DNA of 42,363 bases, taken from contig NC_068997.1 of assembly GCF_001194135.2 (NCBI RefSeq), positions 39,011,334 through 39,053,696 of the forward strand. Direction: 5' to 3'. Under the pieces are notes generated by a model. That model worked only from the letters and a program-made list of their open reading frames with translations, was not told the DNA's origin and ran no database searches. Position 1 is the first letter of the stretch; each line of letters begins with the position of its first letter. This DNA comes from Octopus bimaculoides. Taxonomy: Eukaryota. Shown piece after piece: positions 12,006 through 23,483 of the stretch. A program made the translations under genes and the position numbers.

Positions 12006-12699
12006 AATTCTGTCTATTAAGGAGCCAACAAATACAAAACAGTGGCTGCAGTAACAAATGACTATGAAGAAAATTTAGGAAAGTAAAAAAAAAAACAACG
12101 TGCAACAGCTAAAATCTAAATTAAGGTCTAAACTGAATAGAGTGGAAATAGACAAAGAAACATCTCAACAATGGTCGAGAAGTGCAGAACTCAAACCAGA
12201 AACTGGGATTTTCTTATTTCAGCACAGGAACACAGACTCCTCTATAGAAACCACCAAAAGGATATAATGAAGTAGACTGCAGTGACTACAGATTAAATGG
12301 AGATTGACGAGAAACAGTTAACCATAGGATCTTTGACTGTCTTAATCCTAATCAAGATATAATACACTTATAGACAAGACAGAGTTGGGACTTGCATTCA
12401 CTGGAAGTAGTACAGAACTATGAAATATGATGTGTCCCGCATTATGACGCTGTATTTCGTCGTCTTGCGTGACTGACCCGTATGTAATTCTTTATTTGGC
12501 ACCTAGGCCATAACATAGAGGAGACAGCACAAAGACAGACAGAACACCAAAGTGGGGACAAAAACATAAAACGAATGAAAAATGAAAGATGTGTAAAAAA
12601 AATAAAATTAATGATGGTGAAGTGACTGCATTGAGCCCCACTCTCAAGTAGTACCATTTAACAGTTAAATCATACAATTTAACAAGTCTTTCTTACACT

Positions 12700-14520
12700 C
12701 TTTTTTTCCCCTTTAGCATGGTTTTTAAAAAAAAATTTTGAAAGTCTATTTTTTCCTTTTTTAAAAAAATAAATTTTACTTACTTTACTCTTTTTAACAG
12801 TTCATTAAGGGTTTCAATTCCTCATACTCCACGACTGATGGTAATTCGTCGAATTCAATTACGACCCCTAAAGGGTCTATACTACTTCCGAACAGTTCTT
12901 TCAGTTTCTCGTATCTCTCCTTCTTAATAATTATTCCATCGGTGTGTTCTGTATATTTCTCCGGTGGCAACATTACTATTATGATCGATTTAAACTTCGG
13001 GATCTTCCGCTCGATTGCCGTACTTTTGACGTATGCCACTTGTTTTTTTCTTCTTTTTAACATTCGTTTGCTTTAGCGACGGACCTGGGCTGTCCGTGCG
13101 AGTCGTCCACTTATTCCTCTCTTGGTACACTAAAATAATTCTCAGTGTCTAAGCCTTCCACATCGTGCTGCAATGATGTTTCTACTTCCACTCTACCGTC
13201 CATTGTTGATTCTGCTGGTGTCTCGAACCTGTTCCTTTTCTCCTCCATCTCAATCTCTTTCATCCTTTTCTGGCTCTCTGGTGGAGAGCTCACCCGTTCT
13301 TTCCTTTTCCTCTTATTCACGACAGTGAATGATTCCTCCACTCTATCTGTCTCTCCTTCCGGCACCACCACTTCGGCATTCTGTTCTTCACTCTGTTGTT
13401 TCTGCTCCTCCTCTTAGTTTTCTTTCCGGGGGCACCTCGCCTTCATATGCCTCTTTTGACCACGTAAGAAATATGTTGGTGGTCTTCCTTTCACCACTAC
13501 TCTCAGTCTAACATATTCTGGTAGAATNNNNNNNNNNNNNNNNNNNNNNNNNNNNNNNNNNNNNNNNNNNNNNNNNNNNNNNNNNNNNNNNNNNNNNNNN
13601 NNNNNNNNNNNNNNNNNNNNNNNNNNNNNNNNNNNNNNNNNNNNNNNNNNNNNNNNNNNNNNNNNNNNNNNNNNNNNNNNNNNNNNNNNNNNNNNNNNNN
13701 NNNNNNNNNNNNNNNNNNNNNNNNNNNNNNNNNNNNNNNNNNNNNNNNNNNNNNNNNNNNNNNNNNNNNNNNNNNNNNNNNNNNNNNNNNNNNNNNNNNN
13801 NNNNNNNNNNNNNNNNNNNNNNNNNNNNNNNNNNNNNNNNNNNNNNNNNNNNNNNNNNNNNNNNNNNNNNNNNNNNNNNNNNNNNNNNNNNNNNNNNNNN
13901 NNNNNNNNNNNNNNNNNNNNNNNNNNNNNNNNNNNNNNNNNNNNNNNNNNNNNNNNNNNNNNNNNNNNNNNNNNNNNNNNNNNNNNNNNNNNNNNNNNNN
14001 NNNNNNNNNNNNNNNNNNNNNNNNNNNNNNNNNNNNNNNNNNNNNNNNNNNNNNNNNNNNNNNNNNNNNNNNNNNNNNNNNNNNNNNNNNNNNNNNNNNN
14101 NNNNNNNNNTAATCGTGGCTGCTACGTAACTTCCAGCTGGTTCATGTTCCATCTCTCCTCTCTTCTCCAGTTCACCCATAATTGGGGAAGAAAACAAATA
14201 TAAAAACAGCCCCCCCCCAAAAAAAAAACCAGCAACAATAGTTCAAAATTCAACAAATTTAACAGATCCTACGTTCACCCAACGGAGAGACCTTCAAGAA
14301 ACAAAAGACAATACGCGACTTCGTTAAAATTAAATAAAATTAGGGATTTTTTTCGGAGGGTGAAAGTGGTAACAAAAACAGGACAGTGAGAACAAAACAG
14401 TAAAAACAAACGGTGAGGGCTATTAAATCAAAACAATGTGGAGATTATGAACGCTAAAACGACGAGCTTGGTGAAGAGAGAGGTAAAAGCACGTCTTGTC
14501 TTTAGGAAGGAATTGGAAGA
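12700..14520 (-). mobile_element. Non-LTR (L1/Tx1-like) ORF1 relic with a decayed CCHC zinc knuckle; no ORF2 visible
   Basis: Minus strand from 13527 reads ILPEYVRLRVVVKGRPPTYFLRGQKRHMKARCP, a Cx2Cx4Hx4C knuckle with C>Y and C>R single-base changes. It continues into ...FTVVNKRKRKERVSSPP... The apparent start MFSSPIMGELEKRG is at 14197 across the gap. Element ends are approximate. Confidence 0.65.
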
Positions 14521-14699
14521 AAGAAAGATAGATCGCCTTTCGTCACGTGTCAGCAACGAGAATGTCAAGGAGGAAAAATGACAGAGAGAGAGAGAGAGAG
14601 GGAACGGTGAAGGGAGAGGAAGAGAATAGGGAAAGGGTAGGAAAGAAAAACAGAAAGGAAGAAAAACAATCGAGGAAGATATATTATATATTATTATTG

Positions 14700-14751
14700 T
14701 GCACCAGCATGACCGCAGCCACTTGGCTGAAACACATAAATAAATAAATAA

Positions 14752-14757
<6 letters not shown>
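14700..14757 (+). mobile_element. SINE family A-like 3' terminal fragment
   Basis: CCAGCATGACCGCAGCCACTTGGCTGAAACAC followed by (ATAA)n. Confidence 0.55.
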
Positions 14758-14786
<29 letters not shown>

Positions 14787-15168
14787 NNNNNNNNNNNNNN
14801 NNNNNNNNNNNNNNNNNNNNNNNNNNNNNNNNNNNNNNNNNNNNNNNNNNNNNNNNNNNNNNNNNNNNNNNNNNNNNNNNNNNNNNNNNNNNNNNNNNNN
14901 NNNNNNNNNNNNNNNNNNNNNNNNNNNNNNNNNNNNNNNNNNNNNNNNNNNNNNNNNNNNNNNNNNNNNNNNNNNNNNNNNNNNNNNNNNNNNNNNNNNN
15001 NNNNNNNNNNNNNNNNNNNNNNNNNNNNNNNNNNNNNNNNNNNNNNNNNNNNNNNNNNNNNNNNNNNNNNNNNNNNNNNNNNNNNNNNNNNNNNNNNNNN
15101 NNNNNNNNNNNNNNNNNNNNNNNNNNNNNNNNNNNNNNNNNNNNNNNNNNNNNNNNNNNNNNNNNNNN

Positions 15169-15199
<31 letters not shown>

Positions 15200-15204
15200 C
15201 ATAT

Positions 15205-15366
15205 ACGACAGGCATCTTCCAGTTTCCGTCTACCAAATCCATTCACAAGGCTTTGGTCGGCCCGAGGCTGTAGTAGAAGACACTTACCCAAGGTGCCACG
15301 CAGTGGGACTGAACCCACGATAATGTGGTTGGTAAGCAAGCTACTTACCACACAGCCACTCCTGCG
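15205..15366 (-). mobile_element. SINE family A head
   Basis: Reverse complement GCAGGAGTGGCTGTGTGGTAAG...GGTTCAGTCCCACTGCGTGGCACCTTGGGTAAGTGTCTTCTACTACAG. Confidence 0.9.
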
Positions 15367-16319
15367 CCTCCATAACTACTTAATTCGGTTCTCTTATCTT
15401 CCTTTATATATTAGCTTTGACATGGTTGATGTATATTCTAAAAACCCACAAAGAACCCCTGTCACTTGATATATGTTAAGTATGATAACTTCTTGTCGAA
15501 TTTTGCTGTTCTGCCCCACTGACGTTTCTGTTCTTACCTTTTCATCCTATTTTGTTTATTTTTTTTTTCATTCATTATATGGGCGAGACTAATATATTTT
15601 TCATATTTTTGTATGAACCTTATTGCCCGAAGAAGTGATGCATATACGGATTGCATAACAATGCAGCGTAATATGCATTATTGAAACGTACGCAAGGACG
15701 AACATATTGAAATATTTCTGATGTTTTTTTGTTATGTTTCTGATATAACTTATTCTTTTCTCATATTATATTTTATATTACAATGCATACGACCGTGTAC
15801 ATTACTAAACATCCACACAATGTGCACTATGGAATTTAATATATTATACTGAGTTTTTATATAATGGACTATATGTTGCACTTATACAGGTCACCATAAT
15901 CTTCGTTATTTGAAGAACTGCCATTGACATTCCAAGTGTATATAGATGCTCAACCACAACGGATCTTCAGGGAACACTTTATCATACCAAGAGGCAGCTG
16001 AAAATATAAAAGTTAAACCATCTCCTTCATCTTCATGTCTACACCTGTCTGTTCCCTGTTGAATTCATCTATGTTGTCTTTTATTATATCTTTTATGTAC
16101 TTTTTTAGACACTTTCTAAAATTAAAAAAAAAATTATTTAACTACTTTACTCCTTATCGCATCTCTTTTCTCTCTTTCGTTAACTTGAAGAGTGGTCAAT
16201 TTCCTGAACGCAGATCTAGCATTTTAACTGATACGACACAAAATATATTTATTACCAAGGTGATTTCATCTAATATCGGTCTTCCATACATTGTGTGTGT
16301 ATACGTGTATTTACAGTAA

Positions 16320-16369
<50 letters not shown>

Positions 16370-16371
<2 letters not shown>

Positions 16372-17463
16372 CAAAGGTAGAACAGAAAAAACACAAGCGG
16401 AATAAAGAACGATAGCACGACAACGGCAAACAGGACAAAACAAGATACACGGAACCGGTTGGGCCAATGACTTAAGCTAAAAACATATACGAAAACAAAT
16501 AAGTAAGCAACAGAAGGGGTCTTTCGACTATCGGACAAACGTAACATATGAAATAGAATTATACATATACAATGGACAAACGCCTTTCGGCTGTACAAAA
16601 AAGGAAAATCATTATTACAACAAAAATAAAAACAAAACAAACAAGGTCTTTCGAATATCAGACGAGTGTAATAAGCTAGCGCAAGGAAAAATGGAAATGG
16701 AAAAATCTAAACAGACCGGGCGGCAGGAGAGAACAGAACAGACGCGATCGACCTCAAAGGCGGCCGGCCGAATAAAGACGATCACGTGGTAAGGGAGGGA
16801 AGGAGTTGAAGATAGTAGAGGGACTAAGGAATAGGAGAGAGGGGAAAGAAATCAGAGGGACTAAAGAATGAGAGGGAGAGGGTGAGAGAGAGAGAGAGAA
16901 AAGGTACAGGGGAGGTAAGTGAGGAAGCAAAGCAAATGAGATTGAAGAATAAGAGGGAGGGGAAAAGAGAAAGACAGAGAAGGAAAGGGAGGAAGAGAGA
17001 GAGAGACAGGAGTAGGAAGAGGTGGGAGGTAGGAATGAGGAAGACAGGCGAGGAAAAGAGGGTGAGAGTCGTACATATTCAAGGGGTATCTTTTTTACAG
17101 ACTAAACAAGTTGTACGTAGCGCTGCATGGATAAATCAAAGGTAGAACAGAAAAAACCCATAACAAACAGAAACCGTAAAAATACAATATGCGGGAAAAG
17201 GGACGATAGCTCGACAACGGTAAAGAGGATAAATTAAGATACACGGGTCATTCGCAGTCAATTGCCTTTTCAGTCAGAGTCCGGAATGTCAACGTAGTTT
17301 CACCCACTGAAAGCCGATAATACTCGATAGCGGCTGGGCCAGGGACTAATGCTAAAAGCATTAAGCCTCTGGGCAAGGCAAACGAATGCACATATACGAA
17401 AACAAATAAGTAAACAACAGAACGAGTCTTTCGATTATCGGACAAACGTAACGTATGAAATAG
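16370..17463 (+). repeat. Local diverged direct repeat (copies 16370-16556 and 17135-17463, partial third at 16635-16663) separated by a purine tract
   Basis: Shared ATCAAAGGTAGAACAGAAAAAAC, ACGATAGC(A/T)CGACAACGG, AAGATACACGG and CATATACGAAAACAAATAAGTA...GTCTTTCGA.TATCGGACAAACGTAAC.TATGAAATAG. Confidence 0.8.
16790..17075 (+). repeat. Polypurine (GA-rich) low-complexity tract
   Basis: About 280 bp, almost entirely A/G on the + strand. Confidence 0.9.
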
Positions 17464-19699
17464 GATATATATATATATATATATATANNNNNNNNNNNNN
17501 NNNNNNNNNNNNNNNNNNNNNNNNNNNNNNNNNNNNNNNNNNNNNNNNNNNNNNNNNNNNNNNNNNNNNNNNNNNNNNNNNNNNNNNNNNNNNNNNNNNN
17601 NNNNNNNNNNNNNNNNNNNNNNNNNNNNNNNNNNNNNNNNNNNNNNNNNNNNNNNNNNNNNNNNNNNNNNNNNNNNNNNNNNNNNNNNNNNNNNNNNNNN
17701 NNNNNNNNNNNNNNNNNNNNNNNNNNNNNNNNNNNNNNNNNNNNNNNNNNNNNNNNNNNNNNNNNNNNNNNNNNNNNNNNNNNNNNNNNNNNNNNNNNNN
17801 NNNNNNNNNNNNNNNNNNNNNNNNNNNNNNNNNNNNNNNNNNNNNNNNNNNNNNNNNNNNNNNNNNNNNNNNNNNNNNNNNNNNNNNNNNNNNNNNNNNN
17901 NNNNNNNNNNNNNNNNNNNNNNNAGTTTGGCCGTACGGCTTTTGAATGTTGTTTTCACTGTCCAATTTTCCTGTCTTGGTTTGTGTTTGCCACCTTGGAA
18001 TCCTCTGTGTAGTGGGTTGATCCACTACTCAGGAAGAGACTATTCTAGAGTACGTTCTGTCTTATCTTCGAAACGTCTAGTTAGAATAGAGACAGCTGAT
18101 GAATGGATATTCCAAGTGGCTTTCCGTTTTCCTATGTGTTCGTTCCGTTGTCTGTAGTTCATTGTTCTAACGTCCTGTACCCTGATATGCATATATATAT
18201 ACACATGTAGATGTAAGTATGTACATATATGTGTGTATACATGTATATATATTCTTTGTATTATATATATATATATACATATATACTATATTTGTGGGAA
18301 GTTCTGTCTGTGCGTGTGTTTGTGGAGTTGTTAGCTAACTCATCCTACATCATTTTATCGACTTTGATGAATCTTGACACGTGAGTAGAACTCATGTCTG
18401 GAAACCTCATGGCAGACTCAGATTATTGAAAAAAAAAATCGATAATAGGGCCCCTGGAAAGGATGCTTATGTATATCTAATATATTTTATTTTAGAAGCC
18501 AAGGGAAATAGCCTATTCGCCCCTAGAAGGGATCCTTATATATTGCCAAGGAAAATAACCTATTCATTTTCCTAAATTATTTAGTATAAATCAAATTGAG
18601 TCTGCTTATTTCTTAGCATTTGAACTGTTAGAGTTATTATAGCAGTTTATCCAGTACAATCCTTAAACAACTAAATAGTATTTTCCTAAACAATAGATCC
18701 TTTTATTTCGCTTAGCGACTTATTCACGAATATACCAAAATAATGCAACTGTAATGCAATACCATATTGAAAGATGCATGGTGTATTTAATCGGTTATAA
18801 CGTATATGAATGATAAACGGTTTTACAGAAACAGAAGATGAGCAATATTATTAAAATTTCAAAAACATATTTTCCTGCAGTCGTTTCAGTACCTACGGTG
18901 TGTCTTCAGAATTATATAATAATATAGCACGAGAATTTTTAGAATACTTTTAAAACTTGAGGAGTTTTAGGATATTTTCGAAACATGCAGTTCCAACGAA
19001 AGTAGCCCCTATATACTGCGTAGACAAACCGTGAAAGATAACGAAAAAGATAAATGAAATATAAGTGAACGGAAGAGGAGGTAAGAATTGAGACAATGAG
19101 TGAAAAAAAAAGTATAAAGTTATACTTATTCACAGATATGGTTAGAAGGAATAGACAAAATTTATATCAGATAATAAGAAATAATGGAGGAAGCAAGAAT
19201 AGAAGAAAACACGAGAAAGAAGAAACAATAGAAATACATAAAAATATCAAATAATAAATACAAATGAAAATATACATAAAGAATATAAGATAGATAAATA
19301 AAAATGTATAATAAAAATAAGAACAAAAACCGAAAATAAAATGATTCTTATAGTAATACAACACAGATATGTTTGGTAAGTTTGCTAGTTGAGCATAGAG
19401 AAATAAATGAATGTTCTCGCAATCAGACAGGTAGCAGCACATTTGCCAAACCATGGCAAAAACAAAAGATAAAATGTACAAATAAAAGATAACAAAACTA
19501 TTGGAAAACTGGATTATAAGGGGTCAAACATACATACACATTGGCACACGAACGCACGCATACAACACATATGCATACAAACCATACATACTCTTGCTTA
19601 AACCTACAAATTTATGTATACAGATTATATATGTATATATATATATATATGTATATACATGCATATGCGTATTTATTTTTATATGTGCACACACACACA

Positions 19700-19738
<39 letters not shown>

Positions 19739-19927
19739 GCAAAGTCGTTCTTATATTTTGGACTGTAAAAGACGGATTAGATATCTGTACTGATGAAGCA
19801 TAACAACATAGAAATGCATGCGTCCCGAGACAAATTCCGCAGCGAGTATACACAGACATCTTAAACATTATTGTACTGACCAATATTTCAATGAACTCTG
19901 CCTCATACAATTTTTAATATATATTAA

Positions 19928-19975
19928 GCTAATATATGTACAGGCTAATATATGTACAGGCTAATATATGTACAA
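19928..19975. repeat. 16-bp minisatellite x3 (GCTAATATATGTACAG)
   Basis: Three consecutive units, with one mismatch in the third. Confidence 0.9.
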
Positions 19976-20648
19976 GCTTTTTATCTCTCTATACTTTTTA
20001 TTTATATTTCTTATATACTTTTTATATTTTTTTTACATATTTATAGAAATATTGTTTTACAGGTTCATTGCTCATATATTTTTAACACATATTTTTTTCT
20101 GTATTCTGCCTTTTTTTCCTGTGCTTACATAGACGTGTAAATGGAACCTTCTGTGCGCGCTTGTGGATGTGTGCGTGTGTGCGGGTACGTGCACATATAG
20201 ACGTGTGTATGTGCGTGCATGCGAGAATGTGCGCATATAGACGTGATTTATCCTTATGGCTTTTTTACCCTTTTTTACACTTTTTTCTGTATTTTGCCTT
20301 TAGCCCTGTTTTTTCTTGTGCATGTGCGTTTATAGACGTGTGTATGAACCTTTTTTGCGCACGTGTGTAGGTGTCCGAGCGTGTTGCACGCGCGCGTGTA
20401 TGTGAGCGTGTATGCGGGTACATATATATATATATTTGCTGAATGTGTGGGTGAGCATGTGTGTGTTTCAAGTGAGGGTGGATGAGTATATACATATAGG
20501 CGCTTGTACGTGGGTGTGCGGGCGCGCATGTGTATATATGGACTGTCATTAGCGGTCATTCTAATAGCTCTTTTGCCTTAATAACGGTTAATCACACAGT
20601 AATTTCCCTTTGTTTATCGGTCATTTTCATAGCATTTTCGACGGCCAG

Positions 20649-20707
20649 ATAACTGAAGACATTGCGACGTGGGTTTCCACCCCGACATCCGAAACTCGGA
20701 GTTTTAT
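20649..20707 (+). ncRNA. Decayed minimal type-I hammerhead ribozyme motif
   Basis: ATAA-CTGAAGA (20653-20659), long partly decayed stem II (inner GTGG-gttt-CCAC), GAAAC-TCGGA-GTT, then TTAT pairing with ATAA. Confidence 0.5.
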
Positions 20708-20809
20708 GATGGCTACCGAATAATTGTCACATATTATTTCCAGATAAATTCCTCTATTATATAATATCGAGGTCTCTTTCTTTTGTTGTCTTACCTTTTC
20801 TATCAATAT

Positions 20810-20843
<34 letters not shown>

Positions 20844-21140
20844 NNNNNNNNNNNNNNNNNNNNNNNNNNNNNNNNNNNNNNNNNNNNNNNNNNNNNNNNN
20901 NNNNNNNNNNNNNNNNNNNNNNNNNNNNNNNNNNNNNNNNNNNNNNNNNNNNNNNNNNNNNNNNNNNNNNNNNNNNNNNNNNNNNNNNNNNNNNNNNNNN
21001 NNNNNNNNNNNNNNNNNNNNNNNNNNNNNNNNNNNNNNNNNNNNNNNNNNNNNNNNNNNNNNNNNNNNNNNNNNNNNNNNNNNNNNNNNNNNNNNNNNNN
21101 NNNNNNNNNNNNNNNNNNNNNNNNNNNNNNNNNNNNNNNN

Positions 21141-21250
<110 letters not shown>

Positions 21251-21459
21251 CCTTTCTACTATAGGCACAAGGCCTGGAATTTTGGGGAGGGGACAAGTCA
21301 ATTTAATTAACCCTAATGTTTACTGGTACTTAATTTATCGACCCCGAAGTATGAAAGGCATAGTCAACCTCGGTGGAATTAGAAATCAGAACGTAGCGGC
21401 AGACAAAATTCCGCTAACCATTTCGCCTGGCGTGCTAACGATTCTGGCAGCTCACTGCG
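21251..21459 (-). mobile_element. SINE family B, full-length copy
   Basis: Reverse complement GCTGCCAGAATCGTTAGCACGCC...TTCTGATTTCTAATTCCACCGAGG...GCCTTTCATACTTCGGGGTCGATAAATTAAGTACCAG...GGCCTTGTGCCTATAGTAGAAAGG. Confidence 0.9.
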
Positions 21460-21542
21460 TAATAATAATAACAACAACAGTAGCAACAACAGCAACAACA
21501 ACTATAACAACAACAGCAACAACAACAACAAGTTGACTTAAC

Positions 21543-23245
21543 TCTATACGACTTAAAGTTTCGTGGGCGTGTGATATCAGATATCTGTAGAAAAACTGAG
21601 AAATTTGTGAACATTCAAGATGGCTTCTCGATATTAGGCCTCCTTTGGCCAGCTCAGGCCACGTGAGATTTACGATATGAAAGCGACACCAGTTATTTAC
21701 TTTATTTTTAGGCTCACGTGCTCGGACAAGGTGTTGGCAGGATAGGCTGCATGCAGTATTGTGCCTAGAGCAACATCAATTTCATTGTACTTGATACCGC
21801 ACGGGGTGGGATGTTGGCATGAGTCAGTTACTCAGTCATCATTCAGCGGAGTATTAGCTCACTCGCAGCAGCAGTCTTCACATGCAGTTTGAGGTTGGAT
21901 GATCAGCATAGGTGGACTGTAGTCTATACGAGCGGTCTTTGTGTGTGTGGCAGCTAGGTTCAGGGTGGTATATCTGGATTGTCAGCTGCTAGTGGTCTGA
22001 AGTTCTTCAACAGGGCTTACCTCTAGTGGCAACAATATGATAGTTCACTCATCCTGTTGATGGTTACTGCATGTTGGTGGGATATGTGTATTCTTTTGCG
22101 AAGGCTGTTATGACGTAGCAACGAATAATGGATATTGTGCTCAGATAATGATTTAATTAATGAACGAGAAATATTACAATAATTCCAAAACGAAATGTAA
22201 AATTGTGAACTGTAATTCCAATTGTCCATGATGTAAAGAAATAAGATTGTACTAAAAACAAGCACCCCAAGGGGAAAAACAATAATTCCTTAAAGTGTGT
22301 TAATGTATAAAAAAAACGTCACCTGGTAGAGTCAATAAAGTGTCACACGATTGGATAAATAGGTGTAAGCTAAAAAATAAACGATGTGGTAGTAGGTGTT
22401 AAATGATTGGATGAATAAAAATAGACAGTTAATAGACAATGTTTTGTGTCGAGACTATTGGGGTTGTCTCAAAGACAAAGTCCGTAATTACAAGCTCCAT
22501 TTGGATAAAGAGTGGCTCTGTCCATTTGATGTTGGAGAAGCCATTCCGATGGTTACGGTGTTTCCAGATGAAGCATGAAAAGGTGATGGAGTTTCCCTTA
22601 CCCCGGAACCTGAAGAAGTGCATGTGCTGTGTATACCTTCCACTAAAAATCAGTGTCTGTCATATCCGAGTAGTGTTTTATGACACCATCCGATGATGTG
22701 AGAGTGGATCTATGGACTACAGCATTTTGAGAGGCGGTGTCACAATGACCAGTTAGGATTTCGGCGGTTACAGATAGGCATGAGGATTTGAGTTTGAGCA
22801 GGTGTGTTTGCGCTTATTGTAGCGTACAATGTTTGAAACGATTTTGTTTAAGGAGTAACTGACCTTGACACTGCAGGGACTGAAATGTTTATAAAACATA
22901 GGAGTTCCAAGGAAGAATTTTAATTAGCGTCAGGAAGTTCTTAGCTATATTAGGGGAAACTTCTAGGTTGAACGGACGATTGAGCCAGATTTTCTTTCTC
23001 TTTTTGACTCCCTTAGGGTTCGGGGATGAGGGCGTCCTCCTTATGTACTAACTTATCGGTGAATCCACTCCTCGTTAATAACACGTTATAGTGCGGGCCG
23101 TTCCTGTTGGAGATCTCTGTTCGCTAATGGATTTAGAACTGCGGAGAGAAAAAGTAGCCTCGTTCAAGTCTCAGACTTGGACGTAAAAGTACGGAAGGTG
23201 ATTTTCGTTTCTCTCCGTTAGAATTAAAATTTCATCAGGTTCAGT
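21543..23245 (-). mobile_element. 5'-truncated Penelope-like element (RT thumb plus GIY-YIG remnant plus 3' region ending in a hammerhead relic)
   Basis: Minus-strand frames give HYNVLLTRSGFTDKL, RKKIWLNRPFNLEVSPNIAKNFLTLI, SVKVSYS, CNRRNPN, AVVHRSTLTSSDGVIKHY and FRFRGKGNSITFSCFIWKH...NIKW. These match the PLE pattern WFNPPF...TNIG..FL..I...VKVSYS...CNCR...GIY-YIG. Confidence 0.8.
21546..21584 (-). ncRNA. Decayed hammerhead motif at the PLE 3' terminus
   Basis: Minus strand ATAT-CTGATA(G8 lost)-TCACACGCCCAC-GAAAC-TTTAA-GTC-GTAT: palindrome-like stem III, GUC triplet, 4-bp stem I. Confidence 0.5.
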
Positions 23246-23250
23246 TAAGC

Positions 23251-23483
23251 CAGTGGTTCCCAATCGGGGTCTATATAAGATTATGGAGTAAAAATTTATG
23301 TACAATAAACTGGTCATACTTCTATAATACACAAAATATTTTTAAAATTTCTTATACATTTCATAATAATATTTAGTTATGAAAATATAATACAATTTTT
23401 TAAAATATAAAATGGCTACGGGGTCCAGTAGAGTAAAATAGGAATCAAAGGGTTCATAGTCAGAAAAGCGCTGAGAACCAATG
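23251..23483. mobile_element. hAT (Charlie-like) MITE, 233 bp, with 8-bp target-site duplication
   Basis: Termini CAGTGGTTCCCAA and CTGAGAACCAATG. Flanks AGTTAAGC (23243-23250) and AGTTAAAC (23484-23491) match 7 of 8. Confidence 0.85.

Larger units (their letters stand above)
9230..12435 (+). mobile_element. R4/Dong-like non-LTR retrotransposon relic (RT plus start of the C-terminal domain), interrupted by a SINE and a gap
   Basis: Frameshifted translation gives SWKAQRHNKIRKIWLKHLT (~9869), RRGIFQ (~10405) and INYLLHMDDLKLY (10522-10560; YMDD-type RT motif). After the SINE it resumes with EIDKETSQQWSRSAELKPET...ISAQEH...ETVNH...RQDRVGTCIHWK (12140-12410). Confidence 0.85.

Noticed and set aside
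18024-18081. ACTA-CTCAGGA...GAAACGTC-TAGT hammerhead-like motif
   Set aside because: The essential G5 is C and the stem II closing pair is ambiguous. It may be a relic but cannot be supported.
18411-18604. 9-bp inverted repeat GCAGACTCA/TGAGTCTGC enclosing a 21-bp direct repeat (18498-18518, 18545-18565)
   Set aside because: Too short, with no TSD, to call a MITE.
18876-18909. Minus-strand CTGAAGA-cacaccgtaggtact-GAAAC motif
   Set aside because: There is no valid NUH triplet or stem I, and only a 3-bp internal stem.
19785-19824. CTGATGA...GAAATGCATG motif
   Set aside because: It folds as a hammerhead only after assuming multiple CpG reversions, and N17 would be G.
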